In this document: positions 13,966-30,447 of the stretch, one piece after another
Numbering within the stretch: the first letter of the stretch is position 1
How the letters are laid out: each line of letters opens with the position of its first letter
Assembly: GCF_009914755.1 (NCBI RefSeq)
Contig: NC_060927.1
Reading direction: 5' to 3' (one strand)
From: the human T2T-CHM13v2.0 reference genome, Homo sapiens
Length of the DNA: 64,000 bases
Program-made: the position numbers and the translations under genes
Notes under the pieces: model-generated
Seen by the model: the letters and a program-made list of their open reading frames with translations, nothing else
What the model was told of the DNA's origin: nothing
Databases searched by the model: none

Positions 13966-16718
13966 GACCCTATCTTTTATGCTGAACTTTACCTGACCCT
14001 GTCCTACATCCTGACCTTAACAATGACCTTCTACCTGATTTTTAACCTGAACTTCACCCTGAATGTGACTATCATGCTGACCCTAACCATGGCACTGTCT
14101 TGACTTTTACCATGTCCTTACACTGTGCTAGAGCCTGACCGTGGCCCATACTATTAACCTCACACTGACCCTGACTCTGTATTTTATACATATACTTACA
14201 TTCACCCTGACTCTCACCTCTCTTTGACCATGACTTAGACCCTGAAATTAACCCCTACCCTGTATCTAAATTTGAACTAGACTTTTACTTTGATCTTTTT
14301 CAGACCTTTACCATGAATCAGACCTCAACTTAACCCTTACCTCACCATGATTTTACCTTCACATTCACCCTGATGTCAAGACTAAAGCTGACCCTTATCC
14401 TCACACAGAACATGACCCTGACCCTCACCATGACCCTGTCCATGATTCTGACCCTGACACGCATCCTGACACCGATTCTGATTCTCACCCTCACAATAAG
14501 CCTGATACTAACCAAGACCCTGATGCATACCTGACCCTATTCTTCATTCTGGCCACCCGATACTTACTCTGATCCTTAACCTAAACCCGCGTGATATTGA
14601 CCCTCTATCTTGTCCCTTATCCTAAACATGACCCTCACACTGACCCTGATTTCCACCCTTATGAAGACCCTGACCCTCAACCTTTCATACTGACTGTCAT
14701 CATCATGATATTATCTCACTCTGACCCTGACCCTAAACTGGACTCTGAATCTGACCCTCAACTTGTTCCTGACCATTATCTTCCCTTTCTCCATTGACCT
14801 TAAATGAAATCTGACCATGATGACACCTTGAAACTGACTGACCTCCCTGCTGCTGAACTTGACCTTTATCTTGTCCCTCAACCTCACCTTAATCATCACT
14901 CTGACCCTGACCAGCACTCTGACATTGATCCTGAACCTTACCTGACCCTAACCTTTACCCTGACACTGACCCTTAACCTGATCCTTATCCTAAACCTGAC
15001 CATAAATTTGAACTTGACCATCAATCTGACCCAGATCATAAATATGAAAACAATTGGGACCCTCACCATATCCCCAAACCTGAGCTGACTGAACTTGATA
15101 CTGACCATAACCCTGACCACCTTCATCCTTACTCTTACCCTGAGTCATATCATGACTCTCACTCTTACCCTGACCCTGACCTTCACACTGAACTGACACT
15201 CAACCTGACTTTGAGTCTCACCATGGCCCTGAGCCTGACTTTGACTTTATCCATGACACTCAGCAAGACTCTGATATTCACTCTAACCTTAACCCTGACC
15301 TGACCATGTCCCTGAGCTTGCTTGTGAACTTTAACCTCTACCTGATCCTCACCCTCTACTTGGCCCTAACCTTATCATGATCCTGGCCCTGATTATCACC
15401 CTGACCTGACCAACATCTTGACCTGATTCTGACACTCAAGCTGACCATGATATGGATACTATTCTCACATCAGCCCTGATCCTCAACTTCACCCAGAGCC
15501 TTGGCCAACTCCAATCTTAATCTTGACCCTGACCCTGATCCTCAACCAGATACTTTTCTGACCTTACCCTGAACTGTTTTGCATCTTGACCTTGACCCTG
15601 ACCCTCACCATGACACCATCCATGATCCTTATCATGTCGCTGAACCTGATCTTGAGTGTGATCTTCACCTTCACCTTGACCTTCACACACAGCCTTACCC
15701 TTCCCCTGACCCTCACCTGAAAGTGATTCTGACCTTGGATCAAATCGTATACTCACCCAGGCCTCATCCAGAATTGGACCTTTATGATGACTCTTATTCT
15801 CACTCTGAACCTGACTTGCACCTAACTCTCATCTTTACCCTTACTCGGATTTGGCCATCACCCTGCATATGACCCACATCTTGAAACTTACCCTTATCCT
15901 TATAGTAATCCTCACTCTGATAGTGACTCACACAAAGACCCTGATATTCATGCTATCACCCTGACTCTACCCTTACCCTGGCCCTGAACTTTACCCTGAA
16001 CCTTAACTGACCCTGACAGTCAACCTAATCTTTCCTCTGAAACCCTCATGCAAACCTTGACCCTAACTGTACCAATGACATTCTCATCAATCCTTCTATT
16101 TCCATATAACTTGACCCTGACCATAACCCCTACACTCACACACACCCACACCGTGACCAACACCTTGACTATGAACTGGACCTTGACTTGTCCCTGAGAC
16201 TCATCCTGATCATGGCCCTTATGCTGACCCTCACAATGACCCTGACCCTCACTTTGACCCTCAATCTAATATTAACCCTTATCTTGAGAATGAAAAGACT
16301 CTGAAGCTGAAGCTTACCCTGAACATCGTCATGACGCAACCCAGACTCTAAATTTTATTCTCACCCTGAACCTATCCCTCACCACATACCTGATATTGGC
16401 TGCCATGCTGACTATGACCCTCCTCACTATTACCATGTCTCTGACCTTGACTTAGAACCCTATCCTCATGATCATCTTGACCCTGAGACTCAGCTAACAC
16501 TGAACGTCACTCTAATCCTCTCACTCACTGTAATCTTGATACAAACCCTAACCTGCACCCTCAAATGTATCATGACCTCACCATGTCCTTGATCCCGTGC
16601 TTGACCTTGTCCCTACCTTCATCCTGACTTTACTCCTCACCATGATCCTGATGCTGATCTTCACCTGCAACCCCAAACTTTCTCTGACCCAGACCCTTAT
16701 ATTTATCAAGTTTCTGAC

Positions 16719-17167
16719 TACAATGATTTGAAAGTTTGTCTCCTCCAAACCTCATTTTGAAATTTGATCCTCAGTGTTGGAGGTGGGGTCTAGTGTAGGT
16801 TGTTTTGGTCATGGGGGTAAATCCCTCATGAACAGATTAATGCCCTTCCTGGAGTATGCAGAGGGAAGGAGGGGAATGAGTGAGTTCTTGCTCTATTAGT
16901 TCCCATGAGATCTGGTTGTTAAAAGGAGCCCGGTACCTCCCCTTCTACTCTCCCTCACTCCCTCTCTCTCCATGTGATCTCTGCACATGTGACTCCCCTT
17001 TGCCTTCTTCTATGAGTGGAGGCAGCCTGAGGCTCTTGCCAGAAGCAGATGCTAGTGCCATGTTTTTTGTATAGTCTGCGGAACTGTGAGCCAATTAAAC
17101 CCCTTTTCTTTATAAATTACCCAGCCCTCAGGTTTTCGTTTATAACAACACAAAATGGACTAAGACA
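16719..17167 (+). mobile_element. MaLR solo LTR (MSTB-like) inserted in array A
   Basis: Typical MST body ending GGACTAAGACA; 5-bp TSD CTGAC at 16714-16718 and 17168-17172. Confidence 0.85.
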
Positions 17168-18043
17168 CTGACCTGGTACTTAGCCCCACCCCCACCACGA
17201 TTAACACCCTGGCACTGTATCTGACTCCCTTACTCTTCAAACATTACTGTCCTTGATAATCAACCTGACCAGACCCTGTTCGTCACGCTGAACCTGATGC
17301 CCTAGCCTTGACCTTTACACCACCCTTACCTTGAACCTGACCCTCACCCTATTGTGATGCCTGATCCTTACAATGACCCTAATCTTTAATTCTTACCTCA
17401 CAACGATGCTGAACCTGATTGGATTCCTCATCCCAACTCACATCTGGATACTCCTCATCTAGATACACACATCATTTCTCCCCTGAACAATGACTGTGCC
17501 TGTGCCTCATCTTCACTTTCACCTTGATCCTGATCCTAAACCTCACCTGGCCTTGAACTTCATTCATACACTGACCCTTATTTGACCTCATTCTTACTCC
17601 AACCCTCATACTGACCCTTATGTTGACCCTGACCCTGACCTTAACCATCACCCTGACACTGACTCTGAAATATACACCCACTCTCACTCTGACCCTGTAC
17701 CAGACCCTCTGCACCTCACCCTATCACTAACCCCCTCACTGACCCTGACCCCCAACTTGATCCCCAAATACACCCTCAGATGCTGATCCTAATACTGATT
17801 GTGATACTGCTCCTGACACTTACCATATCCTAAAGCTCACCATCATCATGACATTTACGCTTAACCTCTCCCTGTCTGTGACCCCCTCTCTCTGACCCTT
17901 ATTGTCACCCTGACCCTTATAATGATTCTGACTCTAATAATGACCTAACCATCACCAAGTTGAGTTTGAACATGAAATCTTATACACTCACACTCTAGTT
18001 TCTTTTGGATTTCTTACTGTTCTCAATAAGAATGTGCTTTTGA

Positions 18044-19157
<1,114 letters not shown>

Positions 19158-19602
19158 GAATTTTCTTTAGAGACAAGTGTCTGATTTTTTCTTTAATGCT
19201 AGTCTGTTCACATAAATACAATTTTCAATGATATCTGCTTTAACTCGCAAGAAATTACTGTTGAGGACAGTGTGTAAATATGAACTCATTTTCACATATA
19301 TAGCATAGGTTCCTCTTATCTTGTTCTGATTCACAGGAAGAAATTGTAATCAAGATGAATATGAGTTTCTGAGTTTTTTGGAGTCAAATAAATCTTAAAT
19401 ACATCTTGGTTTAGGCAAACAGAGGTAGCATTGAAAACAATCTGTATTAGTGCATATAAGCTCAGTTTCAGACATTCCTCTCAAAAGAAACTTTTTATTG
19501 CTTCTTAGGGTAAACTGAGATGGACATAAGCACATATGAGTATGTGTCATTCATTGCAAAGGCACAGCCCTACTGTAAGGGACAACAATAAGGACGAGTC
19601 TA

Positions 19603-19854
<252 letters not shown>

Positions 19855-19989
19855 TTAGCATCAGCAAACTCAGTTTTAGACATTCCTCTCAAAAATATCT
19901 CCTTATTGTTTCCTGCAGTAAACTAAGATGAATGTAAGAAGAACAACACATATCCATCTAAAAGGTGTATTCTTTTTTTTCAAGGTAGG

Positions 19990-20990
<1,001 letters not shown>

Positions 20991-21899
20991 AACAGAGCAA
21001 AGGAGAATGAATCTAAGTAGTAGTATTAAAAAGAATTTGTAGTAGTACAATCAGGCTCGGCCTCAGACATTCCTATTAGAAGTCCTTATTGCTTCTCAGA
21101 GTAAAGCAAGATAAATGATAAGACAGTAAAATACATATCAAAGGCACATTCTTACTAGAAAGAAAAAAGATAAAAATACACTGTTTATTAAACCTCATTT
21201 TAATTGTCTCTTCCTTCTTAAAATGTCAGTGGGTTAACAAAATATGTAAATGCCTTTGGATAATAAGACATATTTGTGTATATTTGCCTTCTCAAAGCTT
21301 TTAATTAACATGAGATAAATGCTCATGAAAAATTACCTAGGCAGTTTTTTACTTTCTATCCTGTAGATGTCTCCTATGTCTGGAGGAAAAAAAAAGAAAG
21401 AAAAGAATTATTCCCTTAATTAGAGATAGTAATTAACAAAGACAGTTCGTTATACTAGGTACAAGGATTGCAGAGAGATACAGGTATGTATATATAGGAT
21501 TTTCTGTTTGTATATTTTTAAAAGTTGTGTAGTTCACTCATATAATAAATTTAATATAATACATACTGCTTTATTTAGTATACTGACAATTATGCTTTAA
21601 AGCTATAGTTTAAAACTTTAAATTATTACCTATTTATATTTGTATGTCTTGATGCATACAAAAAGGGAATATATCCTTTACTACAATTTGTTATATAAAT
21701 AATATACCAAAAGAATAAAATTAGAATTTAGGTCTTTTGCATGAGGTGACTTATTTTATGCCCAGGTCAACAGAGGTTCCTTTTTTTGTCAACAAATTGT
21801 TCTACTGCTTTTGTATTCTCTACAACTATCATCAGAGATTCCCTTGGATAACCTTGACCTAATTTTATTTGATCAAAGTTAAAATGCTATCATGGAGTG

Positions 21900-23030
21900 A
21901 AATTCACCCTTAAAACATAGACAACTTCCAGAAATTAAATCAGTTCAGATAACTAACATCATTGTCCTTATCTGGGCTTGACAGCTCACAAATAAATAAA
22001 TAAGCAATTATTTATGCTGATAGTAAATGTGTTTTGGGGGTAGTCCACAAATTCAGAATTGTTTAGAAACAGAGATGTTTCTAACCTTGAAAAAAAAAAC
22101 TTACACCAATTAAATGACAAATTAAAGAACTTTTAGATGCTTTGCTATTACCTAAGAAAACAGCTATCATAAAAACACAGTCATTGAAAAGACAAGACCT
22201 AGAAACTCATGGTAATGCTTTGGCTGGCCCCTATGCTAAACAAACAATATTAACCTAGATAAACAGTCCTATCATCACACGGACAAGAAAAGTCTTGGAG
22301 AAATTCAGAGAGGCTGTTGCTAACTGTCAGAAACAAGTCTCTAATTCAATTTAGGATGATCATTAGATGATCACCAGGATGGTCAACTGAGCGTGCCTCA
22401 ACACTTGAAAATGGAGCTTAACGAAAATTCTTCATGATGTAACCATAAAGGAACGATAAGTTGACAACAATATTAGACCAACACTGGTGGCTTAATTTTA
22501 GATGTAGCTGCCAAGGATGTGTTTGAAAATGTGTCTTATCTGCCAGTGACACATCCTGATAAACTGCCAAGGTGGGCTCATGGACAGGAATCAAAGCCTC
22601 TATGCCCCTTTAAATACCTCCAAATGGACTTCATACAAATACCTTTTACAATGAATTATAAATATGTTTTGCTCATTGTGTATTTATTCTCAGGGTGGAC
22701 TGAAGTTTTTCCTTGCTGGAAAGCTATTCCATGCTGGGTTGGGGGTTGAAAGGGTTCAGGGGATGGCTTGGTTTTGTTTTCCCACCTGGGGAATTCCCAT
22801 TTATCTCTCCAATGACAGAGGTGCTCATTTTACTAGAACTGCACTGAAGTACTTTTACACAGAAACTTCACTGTCCTTATCATCTGTAGTCCTCAAGATG
22901 AACAGAGAGAACGAATGGAATTTTATAACTAAAATTAGCAAAGCTCTCAAAACCTCTTAAACTCCCATGGCAGAAAGCATTACTATTAGCTTTCATATCT
23001 AAAATCAACCCTCTCTAGGGTCCTTATTCT
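21900..23030 (+). mobile_element. Decayed class I (ERV1, gamma-like) pol remnant: RNase H plus integrase
   Basis: IYADSKCVLGVVH at 22010 (cf. IYTDSRYAFGVVH), HGNALAGPYAK, PFKYLQMDFIQIP...FSGWTEVFPC, WGIPIYLSNDRGAHF; multiple stops and frameshifts. Confidence 0.85.
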
Positions 23031-23046
23031 GCAAGGATGAAAACTC

Positions 23047-24110
<1,064 letters not shown>

Positions 24111-24361
24111 ATTACAGTAGGTGCCGGCATTTTAAAATATGAACAAATAAAATTAGGTCAACACTATCCAAAGGAGTCTCAAAAGAATGGTTGAAGAATA
24201 TGCAAAAAGCATTGAGAATTAACAGAATAATTTGGTGACAAAAGAAACCTCTATTGATCTGGGGATAAAAATATTTGGTAAATTTACATGGAAGACCTAA
24301 ATTCTAATTATTCACTTGGCAAATTATTTATGTAACAAATTGTAGTAAAGGAACTATTGAT

Positions 24362-24397
24362 ATTGCTTGTCCGCCTTTTGGCTAAGATCAAGCGTAG
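24362..24397 (+). pseudogene. 3'-truncated (tailless) U2 snRNA retropseudogene
   Basis: ATTGCTTGTCCGCCTTTTGGCTAAGATCAAGCGTAG vs U2 5' end ATCGCTTCTCGGCCTTTTGGCTAAGATCAAGTGTAG; flanking direct repeats AGGAACTATTGAT / AGGAGCTATTGAT. Confidence 0.9.
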
Positions 24398-24769
24398 GAG
24401 CTATTGATATACATTTATTTGTATGAATTTAGGCAGACACACGTGTACAAACATAAAAATAGGTTTCTGACTATTGAAAATACATTTATCCTCTGCATAG
24501 ACTTTTATCTCTGCAATCTTTATACTCAGTTTAATCAATATCTACATTAATTACTATCTTTAAGTAAGTAATCAGTCTGTTTTTTTTCTCTAGACATAAG
24601 GAAAACCCAGGGGACAGAAAGTTTAAAACCATCCAACTTATTTGTTCATAAGAATTTATCTTCCAGTATTTTAAAATTTTGAAAAGGCAAAAACAAGGGA
24701 TCCAGCCCTGGTCATGCTGACTTCGCAGCTTCTGTGCGTATCTATGCACTCAACTTGTCAGTGTCCTTG

Positions 24770-25000
24770 TGTCAAAGACCCCCTAGGCACATACCTGAGA
24801 TGAATAAATTGGGCTTATTATGGCTTGCATTGGGGGAGAATGCACACCACTGGGAACTACAGGGTGTCTCAGTAAAAAGGCGTCAGAAAGTACCTGTTAT
24901 AGAATGTAATCTTTTGTTGGGTGACTTGGGGAAGGGTCTAAGGAAGTGAGGGTTTTGCTCTAGATTTGGTATTGTTAGAAAGTGGAGCTAATTCTAGATT
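24770..25000 (-). mobile_element. Old LTR fragment
   Basis: GGAGAATGCACACCACTGGGAACTACAGGGTGTCTCAGTAA resembles old ERVL-type LTRs; family uncertain. Confidence 0.45.
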
Positions 25001-25684
25001 AGCTATTTTGTGGATATACAACACATTATTAAATAATAAAGTGTTTAACTATAGCCTTAAAATAGAATTTATCAGTATATTAAATAAAACAATCTATATC
25101 AAATTAAATTATTATGTGAATTAACTGCAATAACTTTAAAAAAACTAATAAGAAATCAATTAGAAACTCTTTCTGTAATTCTTATACCCTATATAATCAA
25201 CCATCTACATTAATTATTATCTTGAATTAATCAGCCTTTTCTTTCTTTTTCTGTAGACATAAGAGACACCTAGAGGACAGAAAGTTAAAAACCATCTGGG
25301 TCATTTTTTAATAAGCATTATCTTATATTAATTAAAAGTTTTGAGAAGGCAAATACAAGCATATATGTATTATCATCCAAGGCATATTTTGTTAATTCAC
25401 TGATAATTTAATAAATAAGGGTCAGTTAAAATATGGCTTATATGTGGTCTTTTGTATATTTTTTTATTTTAGTAAGAATGCGCCTTTGAAAGTAGTATGT
25501 TTTGCTGTCCTTATGTTTATGTCAGTTTACTCTAAAAAGCAATAAGAAGTTTCATTTGAGAGTAATGTGTAAGAAGGCTGAGCTGGTTTGCCCCAATATG
25601 AATTTTTTTCAATATTACTTCTGTTTGCCAACCTAAACTCAGATATATATATATACATTGTGTACCTGACCTTACACAATGAGT

Positions 25685-26679
25685 ATCGGTCAGATTCAGG
25701 GTGAAGGTCAGTGTCAGAGTCTGTATGAGGATAGGCATCAGGGACGTAGTGACGGATAAGTTCAGGGTAAGGGTGAGTGTCAAGGTTGGGTCATGGTGAA
25801 ATTCAGAGTAAGTTTCAATATAAGGATCAGCATCAAGTGGAGTGTTACAATGAAAGGATCAGGATAAGTCTCAGGCTCAGCTTCAAGGTCAGATCAACAT
25901 CAGGTGAGGGTCAGTATCAACATTAGAAAAGATCAGGGATGGGGTCAGGGTCAGGGTTAGGTTAAGGATAAGGATGAGGATTGAAATAATTGTCAGGCTA
26001 AGTAAGCAAGGGTCAAGGTCAATGTGAGAATAGGATGAGTGGTAATGTCAAATGCAGGGTGAACTTGAGTGTCTGGTTTAGAGAAAGAGTAGGAATTAGG
26101 GGTCAGAGGTGGGTGAGTTTGCGTGTCAGGTTCATGGTCAGAAGTAAAGTCAGTGTGAGGCTGAAGGTCAAGGTCAGAGTCAGGTGCAAGACAGGGTTAT
26201 TGTGAGATGAGAGGGAGATTCTGAGTCAGTATATGTGTAAGGGTAAGGCTCACAGTTATAAAAATGGTGAATCTGACAATAAAATTCAGGGAGAAAATCA
26301 GGGTTAGATTCAGGGTAAAGTCAGCTCAGAGTCAGCATGAGGATCAGAGGAAGGGCCAAGGACAAGTGATGGTCATAGACAGGATCAGGGTCAGAGAGCA
26401 TCAGGATAAGCATAAGGATAAGGTTAAGGGTGAGTGTATATGTCAGAGAAAGTGTCAGCTTGATAGTCAGGGTCAGCGTCAGGCTGAGGGTCAAGGTCAG
26501 CCAGCATCATGGTGAAGGTCAGAGTGAAGGTTAGGGTCAGGAAAAGTCCAGAGTCAAGTGCAGGATTAGGGTCAGTGTAAGAGTATTATCTGGGTCAGAG
26601 TCAGCTTCAGGATCACTGTCTAGGTCAGGGTGTTTTCAGAACAGGATGATAATTGAGGTTCTGGGCACAGTCAGGGTCA
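25685..26679 (-). repeat. Array B: same degenerate hexamer in opposite polarity (GGGTCA on +)
   Basis: e.g. GGGGTCAGGGTCAGGGTTAGG near 25941; many GGTCAG/GGTGAG/GGTAAG units. Confidence 0.9.
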
Positions 26680-26682
26680 AGT

Positions 26683-28385
26683 TGACCCCTCAAACTTAAC
26701 CTGACACTCAGCCTGACACTGAGCCTGAAACTCATGTCTGTTAACATGACTCTTGCCCTAATGGTAGCTCTCATCCTCACCAAGACACTGCAGTTCATGA
26801 ACGGAGTGAATGTCAGGGACATAGTGGTCATATGTCCATTTACTCTTGACCCTCATGTGCGTCTGACCTTCATAGTGACCCTCACTAGGACCTTGCCTTG
26901 ACCTAGAATTTTGCCCTCATGCTGTCCATCCTGACCCTGCACCTGACCCTGATGCTCACCCACACCAAGACTCTATTCCCCACCATGACCCTGAGGCTGA
27001 TCCCACCCACACCCTCTACATTACTCTCACCCAGACACTCACCCTCACCATGTCCCTGACACCTCACTTGACCTCAACCCACATCCTAACTCCGGCACTC
27101 ACTGTGACACTCACCCTGACACTGAATCCGACCCGCATCTTCACCTTAACCTTAACCTGTCCTTTACCCTCATCTTTACCATCAGCCTAACCCTGATCCT
27201 CATCCTCACACTAACTCTTACCCTCACGTTCCCAGTGGCACACTTTGACCCTGACCCTTACCTTGACTCTCTTCTCACTCTGACCTTCACACGCGTTTTG
27301 ACCCTGACCCATTCCCTGACTGATCTTGACCTTGATCTGTATCTTGACCCTCACCCTGACCCTGATCTTGACCTTGACCTGACTTGGCACTGACCCTCCA
27401 TGTGACCCCAACCCTAACCATGGCCGTGACTCTGACCTTTGTTCTGAGATCTTGAGCCTGACCCTTACTCTGATCTTGATACTCATCCTCCCCCTTCTCA
27501 TGATCCTTACCCTCAAATCTGACTCAAACCTGATGTCACCCTGACACTGTCTCTCATCCCCCAACCCTTGTACCTTACTTGACCCTGCCCTACCTCTGAC
27601 CATCACCCTGACTTTGATCCTGATGCTGACTCTGACCCTGACACTACCCCTACCCTGAACCTGACTCTCACCCTACCTTTACCCTGACCATGACCTTGAC
27701 TGTGATCTAAATCACACATGGACTCTTACCTCATGTTGACACTGAAACTGACTCTGACCCTCATCCTGACTTGGACTCTCACCCCTACCCTTCCCTGAAC
27801 AATGACTCTTATCCTAAACCTCACTGTCACTCTCATGTTGACTATGATCCTAACCCTTATCCTGGCCCTGACACTGACTTTCAGCCTCCTTTGAACGTTG
27901 ACTCTTACTTGTCCCCATTGACCATGACCCTGACAGTGACCTCAATCCTCAACCTGACCCTGTCCCTGGCACTGACAACTATACTAAAACTGACCCTGAA
28001 ATGTACACTGGCCTTCATCTTGACTCTGACCTTAACCCTCTGATACTGATCCTGAATCTGTACCTGACCCTTCTTTACCTTCATTGTGACACTAAACCCT
28101 TCACTGGCCTCAACTTCATCCTGACCCTCATCATGAAATTGAAGCTTACTCTCACCATGATATTGATCCTGACCCCCAGCTGCACCCTGTCATGACCCTT
28201 TCCCTGACCCTCATCATGACCCTGAGTTGAATCTTACTTTTACCCTACACCTGACACCTGATCCTTATGCAGAGTTGATCCTAACCCTGACCAGAGCTGC
28301 ATTGACTCTGATTGTGACCTTCAACTACACCCTAACCATGACATGCACCCTCATCACTAAGCTGAGTATGACCATGATCTATGCA
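26683..28385 (+). repeat. Array C: degenerate (CCCTGA)n array, C-rich on +
   Basis: Same unit spectrum as array A; begins directly at the polarity switch. Confidence 0.9.
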
Positions 28386-29779
28386 CACACATTCTAGTTT
28401 CATCTAGATCTTTTGTAACTTGCAATATGAAAATAATTTTCAGAATTATGGACATTTACCAACTTGCCTAAACTTTTGCTGCTTATTTTCAAATATACTG
28501 CTTTGATTCATGTTAATATGATCTATTACAATGAGGTAAAAAATATAAACAAATATATAGTGGCTATTACTACTCTTTTTTGTTACTTTGGCAAATTATC
28601 CCTATGGCAGTCGATGAATTAGAGGGCTAAAAATGTAAACTTTCCCAGGATTCCAAACTGATTCTAGCACCCTAAAAGGGCCTCCTGGCTGGCCAAGGAG
28701 ACTGCTGTTGTGCTTGGCTCCACCTACTGCCTCTTGTCTTTACTACCTTTTCCCTGGCAGGTGCCGGGTGGGGTAAGCCAGCTGGCTGCACAATCCAGGC
28801 AGTGAAGAATGGTGGGTGGCACAGCATACAGACCACAAGGATGTGGTCACAGTTCTTGGCTCATGGCTCACAGCTATGGATCCAAGTGTCATGGCCATCA
28901 CAATGGATCCTTTTAGCATCATTTTCTTAAATAAAAGGTATTACAAAGACTATACACTGGTTACTGCTTATTGTGGTTGCTCTGCCAATGGATCTCCATA
29001 GAGAATGACCATACACATATTAGCCATACCTTATAAGAGCAAAAGAGATAAATGATCAGGGTACTTTCATGGTCTCCCACAGAAGAAAGCTAGCAAGCAA
29101 ACCTGTTCTTATGTTTTCAGTAGCTATTTTCATAAAAGCTATTTTTAGCAATTGGAAAATTGGTTTTATAGGCCACAGAGTTATGTATCTTATAAAATAG
29201 AAATCAAAATCAGAAATTACTTACAGAGGTGGTATAAACCTTTGAGAGTTCATGTTGGATAAGGTTTTCATTGATAACTGCTTCCCGAGAAAATGCCACT
29301 GAACTAAACAAGCAACTGACTAAGTGGGGGAAATATCCCTAAGATTACAGAGTACTCCCTATGTGCCAGACACAGCCCCAGGGTGCTGTGGCACAAAGGA
29401 GTTAGTCTAGTACCGTATAATCACTATGAGAAAAAGACTGATATTTCTGCATGCAGCAATTCACAAGAAGAGGCAATGGTAAGGGTGGAAGAAAGACAAT
29501 GGACTGACTGTTCTTTGTCATAATCATTGTTTCTTGACTGCACTCCTTTTTCCTCCTTACCAGGGGAAATGAGACCAGTAAGAAATGAGGCAAATAAGTT
29601 AAGAAATTAGGACAAAGGAAAAGAAATGGTAATGATTGTTTATATATATATTTTATATATACACTTCATATATAATATGTAGTTACATATAGTTATATAT
29701 TATATTGTTATACATACCTTAACAAAATATATGTTGATATATATAAAGATTGTTTATATACATATGTGTGTATATATAA

Positions 29780-30050
29780 TTTTTTTTAAAGACAGGGTCT
29801 GTCACCCAGGCTGGAGTGCAGTGGTGCAATAACATCTCACTACAGCCTCAGTCTCCCCAGGCTCAGGTGATCCTACCACCTCAGCCTCCCAAGTAGCTGT
29901 GACTATGGGCACGTGCCACTATACCTGGCTAATTTTTTATTTTTTTAAATAGAGATGGGGTTTCACCACGTTGTTCAGGCTGGTCTAAAACTCCTGGGCC
30001 CAATCGAGCTGTCCACTTCACCCTCCCAAAATCCTAAGGTTATAGGTGTA
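29780..30050 (-). mobile_element. AluJ after a TA-rich tract
   Basis: CCCAGGCTGGAGTGCAGTGG, CCCAGGCTCAGGTGATCC. Confidence 0.9.
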
Positions 30051-30447
30051 ATGATTTGTTTTTAAAAGGAACCTTTTCTAGATAGATAGACTCTGTTTTA
30101 AACTTGTCAAGTGAGTTAACAATTTTTAATCCTTCACTACAAATACTGTGCCTGCATGTTGCATATAAGGAATTGATGTTGCTGAGACATTTCTGAGTTG
30201 GTTTTAAGCTCTATCATCAACAAAATAAATGACTATTTCTTTTGCAACCATAAGCACCATAGCTCTGAATGGGCAAGACAGAGAGTTTCACGATTAAACT
30301 ACCAAAACCTAAGAAAGACAGATGCAATATAGAGTACTTTACGCTACATAGGACAAAAGAGTGAAAGCAGAAGTAAATGAAAACTGCTACAAAGCCATGA
30401 AATCAAGGAAGCTGCCAACAAAAGATCATTTAAGAAAGAAAAAAATG

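Larger units (their letters stand above)
11431..17990 (+). repeat. Array A: degenerate (CCCTGA/CCCTNA)n hexamer array, C-rich on +; interrupted by L1M and MST insertions
   Basis: Continuous 6-nt periodicity (TGACCC, TAACCC, TCACCC, TTACCC, TGACTC, TGACCT); ORF track gives LT, DP, VR and GQ dipeptide runs. Confidence 0.9.

Noticed and set aside
28690-30440. Possible decayed exons or pseudogene in unit 3
   Set aside because: No recognisable homology or consistent reading frame by eye; needs a translated search
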